Shown here one piece after another: positions 51,933 through 64,000 of a stretch of DNA of 64,000 bases (its first letter is position 1; every line of letters begins with the position of its first letter). The position numbers and the translations under genes were made by a program. Below the pieces are notes generated by a model that saw only the letters and a list, made by a program, of their open reading frames with translations, ran no database searches and was not told where the DNA came from. The DNA is from Eledone cirrhosa (Eukaryota), in the NCBI GenBank assembly GCA_964016885.1, contig OZ024742.1:95604001-95668000 (forward strand), read 5' to 3'.

Positions 51933-53912
51933 ACAAACAAATTGCTTGTCAATAACTCATTGTTTCATTTGTGACCTCTACCTAGAGTAGTATTTTAAGT
52001 AGCATACTCTAAACTTGTTTGGCATTTTATAGCAATAACAGTAACAACAGCCACAGCCTTCACCACCTCAATTACCATCATCACCATCTCATGCACACAA
52101 CCACCACAGCCATCATCATCAATCATCCAAGGCTGTTATAAACTTTCTGTATTAATTAAGCATTTGTATTTTAAAAAAAGGTAATGTATAATTTTAATTC
52201 TATATATGTCAAAATTAATCTGCGACAAAGTTAAGTGAAAAGTTTATTAACTTTTTAAAATCAATTTATTCTTAAAATTGTTAAATTTCAACAACTCTTA
52301 CACCCAGTATATGCTGTAAAGTGGTTGATGATAAGAAGTGCATCCAGCCTTAGAAATCCTGCCAAGGAAGGACCCTCCATTATGTTGAAGACATGCCAAC
52401 CTCTCCTGTGCAAGGTGAGATAATACATAAGCAAGATACAGATCCCTGGCCTTTCTGGGAGATCAGTAGTTCCACTTCAATACAGACTTGGTTTTTGTAG
52501 GTTCGTCCAACATTTGCTTGCAAGGAAAGCAAACGTTAAAACGATGACAACAACGACTAACTGATATGAATCTGTGATGTTCTAGAAATGTGGCTTGTCA
52601 CTGATTTTCAGTTCCATCTCAAATCACATTAGTTTTACTGGCCTAAAAGTCATTGTCTGCAAAATGTTATATTGTTGACATTGCATAATGTTAATGACAG
52701 AAAATGAACTCCTGACTGCTCTGATGGTTGATACACAATTTAGTTTTATGCATTCATTTTCTATCTCACTATGTTGTACTGTTTTATATCGTTAAAATAT
52801 TTTCTTGGACACAATATCAAAGATTTTGTAAGGGAAACGCATAGTCGTTAGGATCTAGCCTGATGTATTACTGGTATTTGATTTATCAATGCCTGGGTTT
52901 TGAAATATGAAGTTAAGATTAAGGTTTGAAAGAAAATAGAAGCTATTTTATATAAACAATACAAATATGAATTCTAGACAAATTAAGAAATAGTCACCAA
53001 AATAATACAAGTTCTGGATCCAACTGTAACTGCACTAGTAACAAATTTGAATGCTAGCATGTCAGAGTGATTAAGAAGTTTGCTTCTCAGTCATGAGATC
53101 CCGTGTTTGATCCCACTTGTGGCCTCAAGGGAAAATGTCTTTACCATAGCTGTGGGTTGACCCAAGGCGTGTGAGTAAATTTGGGTAGACAGAAACTGTG
53201 TACAAACCTGCTGGATTGATTATATCCATGATTCATAGGTTTAGCCTCATTACATATTATCATGGTGATTCAGGTTGGGAATATTCAACCATTTATACAT
53301 TAATTCATCATCTGAATGTTCAGTTTAATGTTCAGTTGATCATCATTGAAACCTACAGGGAATCTGTCATTATGAAAAAGAGCCTGTGTCATCCTCTCGA
53401 AAGACAATGCCTCATCAAAATATTAGTTTTCAAGGCTACCATTTATGGTATTTATCTTTATGATTGTATATAGGCTAGACAGCAACGTTACTACCAAAGC
53501 AACTTTTCCTTAAAACAAAATAGCAGAAAGTTTAGTACTTAAAACTTGGCATGTCGTTGATAACTAAAGGGCTATATCACACAATTTGATATCATGAATA
53601 AATCTTATTAAGAGCCTAAAAACCCAACAAACTTATGAAACTGCCAATTATGTGTATATTAGAGAAATAATAAATGGTATTTACAAAATGTGTTACTAAA
53701 TAATACTCTGACTCATCCTTTCATGCCTGCACTGCACATATAGTTCATAGCAATTTATTCAACATATAGACTTCTTAAACGAGTAAAATGCTTCAATAGT
53801 TTAAGCACAAATTGTTGATTTTACCAAAATAAATGGCTATATTTTTAATTTTATGTTATTATTTGCATGTATCACTATATATATATATATAGTGATACAT
53901 GCAAATAATAAC

Positions 53913-54006
<94 letters not shown>

Positions 54007-54034
54007 ATGTGTATATATATATATATATATATGT

Positions 54035-54398
54035 CATCATCATCATTATCATTTTACGTCCGCTTTTCCCTGCTTGCAAGGGTGGGATGGGAACTGATTC
54101 TGGCTTGATTTCTACAGCTGAATGCCCTTCATAACACCAACCTCATTTACAGGTGGGTGCATTTTTTTCTGTGGCGCCTAAATGTCCACGTTACAGTGTG
54201 GTCTGGGTGCTTTTTTGCCATGGCACCTCCATGACCACTTTGCAGTGGGGTCCCTATCATCTCATTTCTACAGCTGAGTAAACTGGAGCAATGTGAAATA
54301 AAGTGTCTTGCTCAAGGAAACAACACATCACCCGGTCTCAGAATTGGACTCACAGGCTTTTGATTGCAAGGCCAATGCTCTAACCACTAAGCCATGTG
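54035..54398 (-). mobile_element. CORE-type SINE with RTE-derived tail
   Basis: Homologous to 38884-39203. Confidence 0.78.
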
Positions 54399-54417
54399 CA
54401 TATATATGTATATATAA

Positions 54418-55507
54418 AAGTATGTACATGTACATACACATATGTATACAGACGTAGAGTAGTATGTATATATATATACATACATGCACACATATATATA
54501 TGTACGTATGGATTCACCGAACATTTATTATAATGCTCGGTGTATCTAGTTTCAAGCTTATTAGCTATCGTCAGCAACGTATACCTTCCTGCCAGATTGT
54601 TGAACGTATATACTTACCTTATGCATATTAATGGCTGAGTACCCAATTTGCATATCGAGTGGGTTAATCGACCGGGTACACCGAAAACGATAAACGGCAA
54701 AAATGAAACAAAATTTCATTTCCCACTCTTAGTACGGCTGTTACTTAAATATAAGTATGTACACGTACATACATATATGTATACAGACGTACAGTAGTAT
54801 GCATATATATATACATTTATTATAATGCTCGGTGTGTTTGTAAACAAACATCCCGTATTAAGCCGTAGTGTCCAGCAACCATCGTTGCTCGTTTGTTCAA
54901 ACACACCGAGCATTATAATAAATGTTCGGTGAATCCATACGTACATATATATATGTGTGCATGTACGTATATATATATATATACATACTACTGTACGTCT
55001 GTATACATATATGTATGTACGTGTACATACTTATATTTAAGTAACAGCCGTACTAAAAGTGGGAAATGAAATTTCGTTTCATTTTTTCCGTTTATCGTTT
55101 TCGGTGCACTCGGCCGATTAACCCACTCGATATGCAAATTGGGCTACTCAGCCGTTAATATGCATAAGGTAAGTATATACGTTCAACAATCTGGCAGGAA
55201 GGTATACGTTTCTCACGATAGCTAATAAGCTTGAAACTAGTACAGCGTTCCTTTGTCAGTGTTGAACAAACGAGCATGATTGCTGGACACTACGGCTTAA
55301 TACGGGTTGTTTGTTTACAAACACACCGAGCATTATAATAAATGTTCGGTGAATCCATACGTACATATATATATGTGTGCATGTATGTATATATATATAT
55401 ATACATACTACTGTACGTCTGTATACATATATGTATGTACGTGTACATACTTATATTTAAGTAACAGCCGTACTAAGAGTGGGAAATGAAATTTCGTTTC
55501 ATTTTTT

Positions 55508-55510
<3 letters not shown>
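54418..55510. mobile_element. Family A hammerhead repeat: minus-strand partial tandem joined to plus-strand partial tandem (420-bp period)
   Basis: TTATATTTAAGTAACAGCCG at 55031 and 55451. Both HHRs are damaged: 54546-54580 lost the cleavage site, and 55206-55248 has core CTCACGA. Confidence 0.88.
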
Positions 55511-55541
<31 letters not shown>

Positions 55542-55552
55542 AGGCACATGAT

Positions 55553-55622
55553 ATAGTCAAATTTTACAATATAATTAGCAATACATACATATGCGCACAC
55601 AAATATATATGTGTATATATAC

Positions 55623-55661
<39 letters not shown>

Positions 55662-56031
55662 TATATATATAGATATATTTATTTAAATATATATATATAT
55701 ATATATTTGTTTATATATATATATATGTATATATATATATTTATTTATACAAAGAATCGATGCTTTCACCCTTAATATTTATTTATATATTAATATTTAT
55801 TTATATATATATATATTTATTTATGTATATATTTATTTAAATATACATTTGCATGGAAGAACGGACGTAAAACGGTGATGATAATGATGATAAACATATA
55901 TACATATGTATATACATATGTATATATGTATATATATATGTATATATGCATATATATATATACATATATACATATATATATTCATATATATTTATATATA
56001 TACATATATATATATATATTTATATATATAC

Positions 56032-56065
<34 letters not shown>

Positions 56066-56483
56066 CTGACCTCTTCCTCACACTTACACTCACTCACTCT
56101 CTCTTTCTCGCCTTCTCACTTCCTCCCGTTTGGCTTGTAGTGGGAGTGGGTCTCTTCTTGCTTACATCTCACGCACATCGGACGGTCTGTACCTCTCTCG
56201 CTCATGAAATCCACCCAGCTTATGCTGACCGGACAACCATGTTGCTTGTTTATTTTCCTATCTTCGGTTTGCTTTTATCCTTCTATGTTGTTTACTTGTC
56301 CCCCTCGCTTTACGCGAATTACTGGTCACAATAACTTTTTATAGTTATTGCTCGCACCAACCTGAAGTATCTGATTTTTAATGCGATGAAATACCAATGA
56401 TGGTTGGAAAATCACTGACGAAGGACTATTTTTTTCATATGTAACCCATGTGCAACCACACAATATTCTTCTTTCTTCTCATG

Positions 56484-56553
<70 letters not shown>

Positions 56554-57102
56554 AATATATATGAATATATACTAATTAATACTAATTAATACTAATTAAT
56601 ACTATGAATATATATATATATATTTCCTTGCAAGCAGGGAAAAAGCGGACGTAAAATGAAATGATGATGAAAAATGATGATGATGATGATATATATGCAT
56701 ATATACATATATATATGCATATATACATATATATATACATATATACATATATATATACATATATACATATGTATATATGTTTATCATCATCATCATCATC
56801 ACCCTTTTACGTCCGTTCTTCCATGCTAATGTATATTTAAATAAATATATATATAAATAAATCAATATATATATATATATATAAATAAATATTAATATAT
56901 AAATAAATATTAAGGGTGAAAGCAGCGATTCTTTGTATAAATAAATATATATATATATATATATATATAAACAAATATATATATATATATATTTTTAAAT
57001 AAATAAATATATATATATATACATATATATATGTATATATACACATATATATTTGTGTGCGCATATGTATGTATTTGTAATTATATTGTAAAATATGACT
57101 AT
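55553..57102. repeat. ~400-bp inverted duplication (55553-55950 / 56700-57102) around a pyrimidine-rich insert
   Basis: Unique anchors such as ATGCGCACACAAAT/ATTTGTGTGCGCAT and CTTTCACCCTTAATATT/AATATTAAGGGTGAAAG in inverted order. Confidence 0.85.
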
Positions 57103-57954
57103 ATCTATATTTCAATGTACACTTTATGAACAATAGTGTTATTTTAGAAACTATATTGGACATCATGTTATTAATTAATTGTTTGTATCAATAATTTATT
57201 GTTTGTAATAAATAATTAATTGTTTGCATTAATGACATTCAGTAAAACATATATAACAATAAGTTAACTCCTCTCTTGATAAACTCTCGTTACCTCACCC
57301 TCCAGCTCCTCATCATTACTTTTCTCTTTTATTCTTATCTTTTATATTTATCATTTAGATATTTTTTATTTTACAGTTTCATTTTCGTTTTATTGCTTTT
57401 ATTTGTGCAATTATGAATGTATTCACTAGAATAATAATTTTTCTAGCAGATATAGATATATTTATCTTTATTTGTATATAAGTGTATATATTTTTTGTGA
57501 ACTATGTACATATGTATATGTATACATTATTTGTATAGCAGTATATTTCTATGTATTTTTGCATATTCATAGCAATTGTTTAAAAACAATATCAAACTTG
57601 TAAGAAGTAACATTGTTATTAATTGTTTATATCGTTGACCTTCACCGTGGCAGTCAATACCATATAAAATATATTAGTTTGCTGAATATGCAAGTGGTAA
57701 ATACTTTTTCATCCCCCCTATCTGCCTCACATTGCTTTTTACTACTTGAACATTTTACTTCCCACCTATGCCAAATAACTACTGTAAATACAGAAAGGTC
57801 CATCACTGAGAAGTTTGTGAATGTAAAAATTCAAAGTAAATAGTCAATAGTAATAATGAATATTATTCTGAACTATATAAACTACACTGAGTCTTTTATT
57901 CAATGCATAGTTTGAGTTACTTAAGTACACAAACCTATAAATCATATATGTATA

Positions 57955-58800
57955 CCATCATCATCATCATCACCACTACTTTATGTCCATTCTTACACGC
58001 TAGTATGGGTTAGATGAGTTGATCTGTTGTGGGCAATGCTAGGTCAGGCAACCATGTTTTGGCTTGATTTCTACAGCAGGATGCCCTACGAAACACCAAC
58101 CACATTTATAGGTAGTACTGGGTACATTTTGTTGTGACACCTAAATGACCACTTTACAGTGTTGGCTGGGTTCTTTTTGTTGTGACGCCTACATGACCAC
58201 TTTACAGTGTGGGTTGGGGGCTTCACTGATTGCATACTTCAGCCAGTTCTCATGGGAGATGTATGGGAGGGTAGGGTAGGGCATACTGTATGCATGCTTC
58301 AGCTTTGGCCTGTACTCATGGGAAGTCGGGTCTATCATCATCATCATCATTATCATTTTTTTTATATTCATTTTTCCATGCTTGCATGGGTTGGATGGGT
58401 CCTTCTTAGCACAGCATCTTCTGCTTGCCACATTTCTTTGTTATCCCCTCTGTGAGTCTCAGCAATTTGAGATCAGTTCTAAACCACCTCTGCTCAGATA
58501 TTTTGTTGTCTTCCTATACTGCAGCTGCCTTCCATTGGTATTTTCTAGCACTTCTTCACCTCTCAATCACCATCCATGCAAATCACATGTATATACCTAT
58601 GCAGTCTTCTCTTCTGCACACCACCTCAGATTCCTTTTAAATCCAGCTTCTTCCTCAGCTTGTCCAACCTCTACCTTTCTCCTACGCTTATATTGCACAT
58701 CCACCAACGCATGGCTGCTTAATTTCTCTCCAGTCTACACATATTCTCTGCAATCATAGTCCATGTTTCGCTATTATGCAGCATCACATCTTGCCAATAT
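57955..58800 (-). mobile_element. Old RTE tail and 3' fragments
   Basis: MLHNSETW..AENMCRLERN on the minus strand and (CAT)n tails. Confidence 0.7.
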
Positions 58801-59396
58801 TGTGTGGGGTTAAATGGTGGTAAAAAAATATGAGAAGGGTGAAAGTGTACTAGGGAATGAAAGTGATATTGAATAATGGTGGTGAAATTTGTGATACAAA
58901 ATGAGGTGATGCAAACCATTGTGGTGAAGTGTTTGGTGTTAACCTCAGACGATATCTACATGCAATCAATAATGATGCACGTACACCTACACTTGTTTCG
59001 TGTATGCACACACATGTGTACATGTATGTATGTACGTATATGTATGGATGTATATATGTACATGTGTATGGGTACATGAGTGTGTATGTATGTATGAACA
59101 TATGTGTTTGCATGCACCTCTGCACAACCTTATAGTAGTATGGACACCCAGGCTGTGAGCATGCCTATCTCATTAGTGTGTATGCATGCAGGGACCCAGA
59201 TATATGTACAATATGTGCATGGGATGATGTGTCCGAATATACATATAACTCATATGATATGTAGGTGAGCCTATGGTGCCAGTGTGGGAGTACAGGATGA
59301 CCAGTATGGAAACTCCATACCCCCTGCCATGAGCAGTTGCATATAGTAAGGCATGCCCATCTGTCTCCGTGTACCTTCCAAGTGTACCTATGTGGG

Positions 59397-59430
<34 letters not shown>

Positions 59431-60254
59431 CATTCATGCTTGTGTGGATCTGCATGCATGGACATATGCCTCTAGGTGCATGTATACACATGTTTATTTA
59501 TTTATTTTCCTTTTAATATTATTTCCACACAATATGCACTTAACAGGTATCTTGCCCATACACACAGGGTTCTAGGAACAATATTTTCTATAAAATTTTT
59601 CCTTATAGTCTTTTCTATGGTCTTTACAAACATTAGCCTCATACCATAATTCCTATTTTGTATATATATTTTTTTATATATATTTTTATACACTAACCTC
59701 ATAGCATTTGCATCACCTCATTAATTCCTTATAGCACATATCCCCTTTAAAAATTTCTAAACAGGATAACCTACCTACTACCGTGTGACAAACCAATGAC
59801 CAGCATAAACCCCCTACCCCTAGTACAACACCACATTCTTTCATCTCATATCATGCACAGCCCTACCATATCCACACCACACACAGCACCTCCGCCTCAC
59901 CACATACATGCCAAAATGTCTAGGGCTAGCCAAAACACCACACTGTGCAACTCACATCAACCACTGTTCCATACCACTACCTCATCACTACACTGACCCC
60001 ACCACCTATCATACTTGCCAAAACATTCCCCATGATTAAACAACCAATTAAAACAACATAAACTGACCAACATTGAACATTAGACATTTATTTGCCATGT
60101 ATATTCATTGTCATTACTACAACAGAGGCCCGACAAGCTTTTGAGTCCAGAGTCAGGCCAAATTGATACAAATCGAACCTTGAGCTGATCAAAAGTGAAA
60201 CGGGCTTCAACAATCAATAAATGTAATGACGCCATAACAAATCGTCTTTGTATT

Positions 60255-60575
60255 ATTATTATATATTTTACATCCACTTTTCCCTGCTTCCAAGGGTGGG
60301 ATGGCAACTGATTCTGGCTTGATTTCTACAGCTGGATGCCCTTCCTAACACCAACCTCATTTACAGTACGTGCTGGGTGCTTTTTTTATGGATTGGCAGT
60401 ATCGGTAGAGGGTCGGCCGCCATGCTTTGAAGCATAGAGTTACCTCCCATATGATCTGAGTTCAAATCCCGCTGAGGTTAACTTTGCCTTTCATCCTTAC
60501 AGCGTCGATAAAATAAAGTACCAGTAATACACTGGGATAATTGCTGGCCTTGTGCCAAAAGTAGAAACAATTATG
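60255..60575. mobile_element. RTE-like SINE tail (-) adjoining a Meta/MESC SINE (+, 60390-60575)
   Basis: Matches 38900-39015 and 43976-44156. Confidence 0.8.
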
Positions 60576-62584
60576 ATTGTTAGTCAAATACACTAACTAC
60601 TAGGCCATGTACCTAAATTAGATACCATTATAGTTTATAGTTCATACCAATTGTCAACAGACTCAGATGTATTCCTCAAACAATCATTTGATCAAACATA
60701 GGGTTGAAAACATTGCGCATGAGCTAAATTTGGCTCACTACAGCATATTTTTCAGCCCACAAAATTTATTGGATATGTAATGCTGCATATAAACATTCTT
60801 TGTTTTCCGTACCAGTCTATGGTTTAAAGAATATAGCCAATTGTTAGTTTTTATGAAGGAAGCAATATTTTCTTTAATCTTTCAGTATTGAAAAATGTCT
60901 TGTTCTTGAAATGGTCTTAAATGAATCAATAATATATATTAATAGAAAAAGAAAAAACTGAAATCTCTTCAGTTGTTAAAAACATTGTAAGTTTGTCCAT
61001 TTGTGAGATTTTAAACAGTAAATGTTTCCACTTTAGGTGAACTGGCTGTTGTCATATTTACCCTAACGAAAAATGTCAATTAATACATATTAATGATCCC
61101 GTTTTTTGACTGCAGGGTATTGTTTATTTATAAGTTCCAACCATTGCTTGCAGGGATAACAGACATTAAATGATGATGATTTAACATGTACCTAATTTAT
61201 TTACATAAACACTTACATACATGAATGCATTTAAAATGTTGTCACATGCTACAACCACTTCACATATTTAATGCAATTAGCTGCACTTCATTTTAGCAGC
61301 TCAGCAGCCCTTCTCCACCTGGCTCTTAGATTATTAGAATTTTATATAAACTTGCAAAAATGCTAAAATATTTAGTGGTATGGCATTTTTCTGGTGATAT
61401 TTTATTGGTAGCTATTTTTCCACACACAAATATATTTTTACATGGATAATAGTACAAATCTATCCAAACTGATAACAAACTGAAACAATTTTTACCTTGT
61501 GACATTATATATTGAGGCTAAAGTATTTGTCTTGAAAAAATTTAAATAACACCAATTGTGGCTGCTTTTCTTCCATCAGGCTGTACACATAATGTCATAA
61601 TTCTAGTATTGAGTTATTTTCAGTTTTAATTCATTCATATTTATTATCTTGTGTTGATTTACTGAACCCACTGTCGCTTAGCAAAAGAAATATATCTACT
61701 ACTATAATTAAAATGATGCTATTGTATTAAGAAATAGCTGCTCTTTTGGTTATTCTTTACATCAACAGTTAGAAATATTTTATTCTACATTAAACACAAA
61801 AGCTAAAAAACTATTCAATTAATTACAAAAAGAAAGCTGTTTCCATAGTGTTTAATTTCTTATTGGTCTTGACCTGCAAGACAAAAACCTTTCCAATCTG
61901 AACCCACCCCCAAAACGATTTTCTGCCACCTTAGAATACATTATTAAAGAATTACTAAATAATTTTGCAGGCAAAACCAATAGATCAATGATTGTCAAAC
62001 TGTTCTTAAACTGTTGGTTGAAATTTTTTCTGTATAACTTGTTTAAATTCTTTGCACAATCTCAAAGCATTCTTTATTTGCATGTTTGATGTGGATGCAG
62101 GCATGGCCAAGTAATTAAGAGTTTTGCATCATAATTGCAAGGTCCTGCATTTTATCTCATTGTGTAATATGTTAGGCATGTTCTTTTACTTTGGTCAACC
62201 CAAATCTTGTGAATGAAATTGGGTAGAGGGAAACAGTTGAAGCATTTTGGATGGATTTTTCGCTCTAATCCAAAGGTCCTGCCTTGTCAACTACACTGTC
62301 ATGTTAAGGGTACACATGTCTGTGGAATACCCAACCACTTATATACATATATGTATATATCAAACAAAATAATATGTCATGTGAATTTGTATTTTTATAT
62401 GTAACTTTAAAAAATGTACACGTATTCACAATGTGTTTTTGTTTTCAATCATGTTAGTACAACAAGGAGTTCACTTTCCAGTCAGAATGTCCTGGGTTCC
62501 AACCCTATGTTTGTCCCTGTAAATAGTTATTTTTTCAAAAGTTACTCATACATTTACTCCTGTATGTAAATGCTGAATATTATA

Positions 62585-62770
62585 GGCAGTATCAGTTGAG
62601 CATCAGACAACATACTTTGCAGCATAGAGTTATGGCCCTTTGCTTTCTGAGTTCAAATCCCACCGAGGTTAACTTTGCCTTTCATCCTTACAGGGTTGAT
62701 AAAATAAAGAACCAGTACTGCACTGCGGTAATTGCTGGTCTTATGCCAAAACTAGAAACAATTATTAGAA
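62585..62770 (+). mobile_element. Meta/MESC-core SINE
   Basis: B-box, core and tail present. Confidence 0.8.
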
Positions 62771-62889
62771 TATTATTTTTAACATTAATCACATCCAAGT
62801 TTCAGTAATCAACATAGACTATAGGATTTCCTTACAAAAACATTAAATTTATCAAACCAAAAATTTCCTTGTTAGATAAGTGTTCATAT

Positions 62890-63395
62890 ATCAGGTACAT
62901 ATGGTTAGATAAGTGTTCATTACACAGGTACATATGGTAACCAATCCTGGACTCCACAAATTAAATACATTCCACATTTCAAGCAACTGTTACCTCTTTT
63001 CGATTGTATGGTTTCTCAGCATGGACCTTTACCTCAAAACTGGAAAGAAGATTAGATGGAGCCTACACTTGCATGCTACAAGGGGCTTTGAATGTCACTT
63101 GGAGAGATCGTCTGACCAACGAGCGATTGTATGGTAATATCATCCAGTATCAAACATCATCATAGAGCATAGATTCACAGGGAATTGCTGGAGAGCTAAA
63201 GACAAACTTGTTAGTGAAGTTCTTTTGTGTGACCCTACACTAGGAAAAGCTAGCAGATGATGACAATCCAAGACCGAAATCAAGCACATTTATGATGACA
63301 TACACTACAATCTGCCTGATCTGCTAAATATGATGAACAATAGAATTAGATGGTGAGAGAGAGTCAAGGGAATTTGTACAAGCAGTGTGAGGTAT
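62890..63395 (+). mobile_element. Old RTE 3' fragment
   Basis: LDGAYTCMLQGALNVTWRDRLTNERLYG...GNCWR...VLLCDP...MMNNRIRW. Confidence 0.65.
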
Positions 63396-63581
63396 ATATA
63401 TGTATATGTATGATTGTTTGGATGAAAGTACAAAAATCAATTAAAGGTGTTTATCATTTTTTTAATTTATAGGGAAATTCATATTTTCTAGCATATTTAT
63501 ACATCTACATATTAAAAATATGTAAATTTATATACACATTGTCGTAGTCTCAATTAATCACTATATATTTATATAGATATA

Positions 63582-63640
<59 letters not shown>

Positions 63641-63790
63641 ATACTTTGGGAGGGTCATGTTGCCAATAAGAAACACACGCACCAGTTGCTTTCACTTCAA
63701 TTTATTATATATTTATAAATTTACAAATCTACAAATTTATAAATTTCTGGTTGGTTGGTTGGTTCCACAACCAGATAGTTGTTTATATAG

Positions 63791-63835
63791 AGTCATAGTC
63801 CTTTCGTCACACACTCTGTGACCTCTTCAGTGACT
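63791..63835 (-). ncRNA. Minimal type-I hammerhead (family D) in a PLE pLTR-like segment
   Basis: Minus strand: agtca-CTGAAGA-g-gtcac-agagtgt-gtgac-GAAA-ggac-T-A-tgact. Confidence 0.75.
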
Positions 63836-64000
63836 GGGGATTCCTTTCTTTGTTTCTGTGCCTTTCCTTTCTTCTCTCCTACGCCATTTTGTTTCTGTGT
63901 GTGTGTTGTGTGCTCAGTTTACGCATGTGCCACATCCGGGTGTCTGTGTGTGTTTGTGTTCATTTATCTATTTGTTTATTTATTTATTTATTTACATGTT

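Noticed and set aside
55110-55170. Second (pseudoknotted) ribozyme in the family A unit
   Set aside because: The attaac/gttaat and tatgca/tgcata pairings are not preserved in the diverged subfamily at 27700-27760.
60120-60215. CTGATCA...GAAAC in a long hairpin
   Set aside because: Wrong core, no stem II and no UH site.

Overview
AT-rich, microsatellite-laden animal DNA. The repeat complement points to a coleoid cephalopod such as Octopus, which is an inference. I could not support any host exon; the window is almost entirely transposon-derived. It holds a near-intact R4/Dong LINE plus truncated copies, RTE LINE fragments (one family with a PHD-type finger inside the RT), a Tc1 IR/DR element, two DD37D maT elements, a MITE, many Meta/MESC-core and CORE SINEs, and a Naiad-type Penelope-like element (PLE). 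The most notable signal is a set of at least five unrelated repeat families carrying minimal type-I hammerhead ribozymes (HHRs), mostly with palindromic helix-III loops. One is a non-coding ~420-nt retrozyme-like tandem unit present at three loci. Nearly all these insertions share one architecture: a minus-strand arm on the left and a plus-strand arm on the right, with both 3' ends pointing outward. All structures were read by eye and need computational and experimental confirmation.
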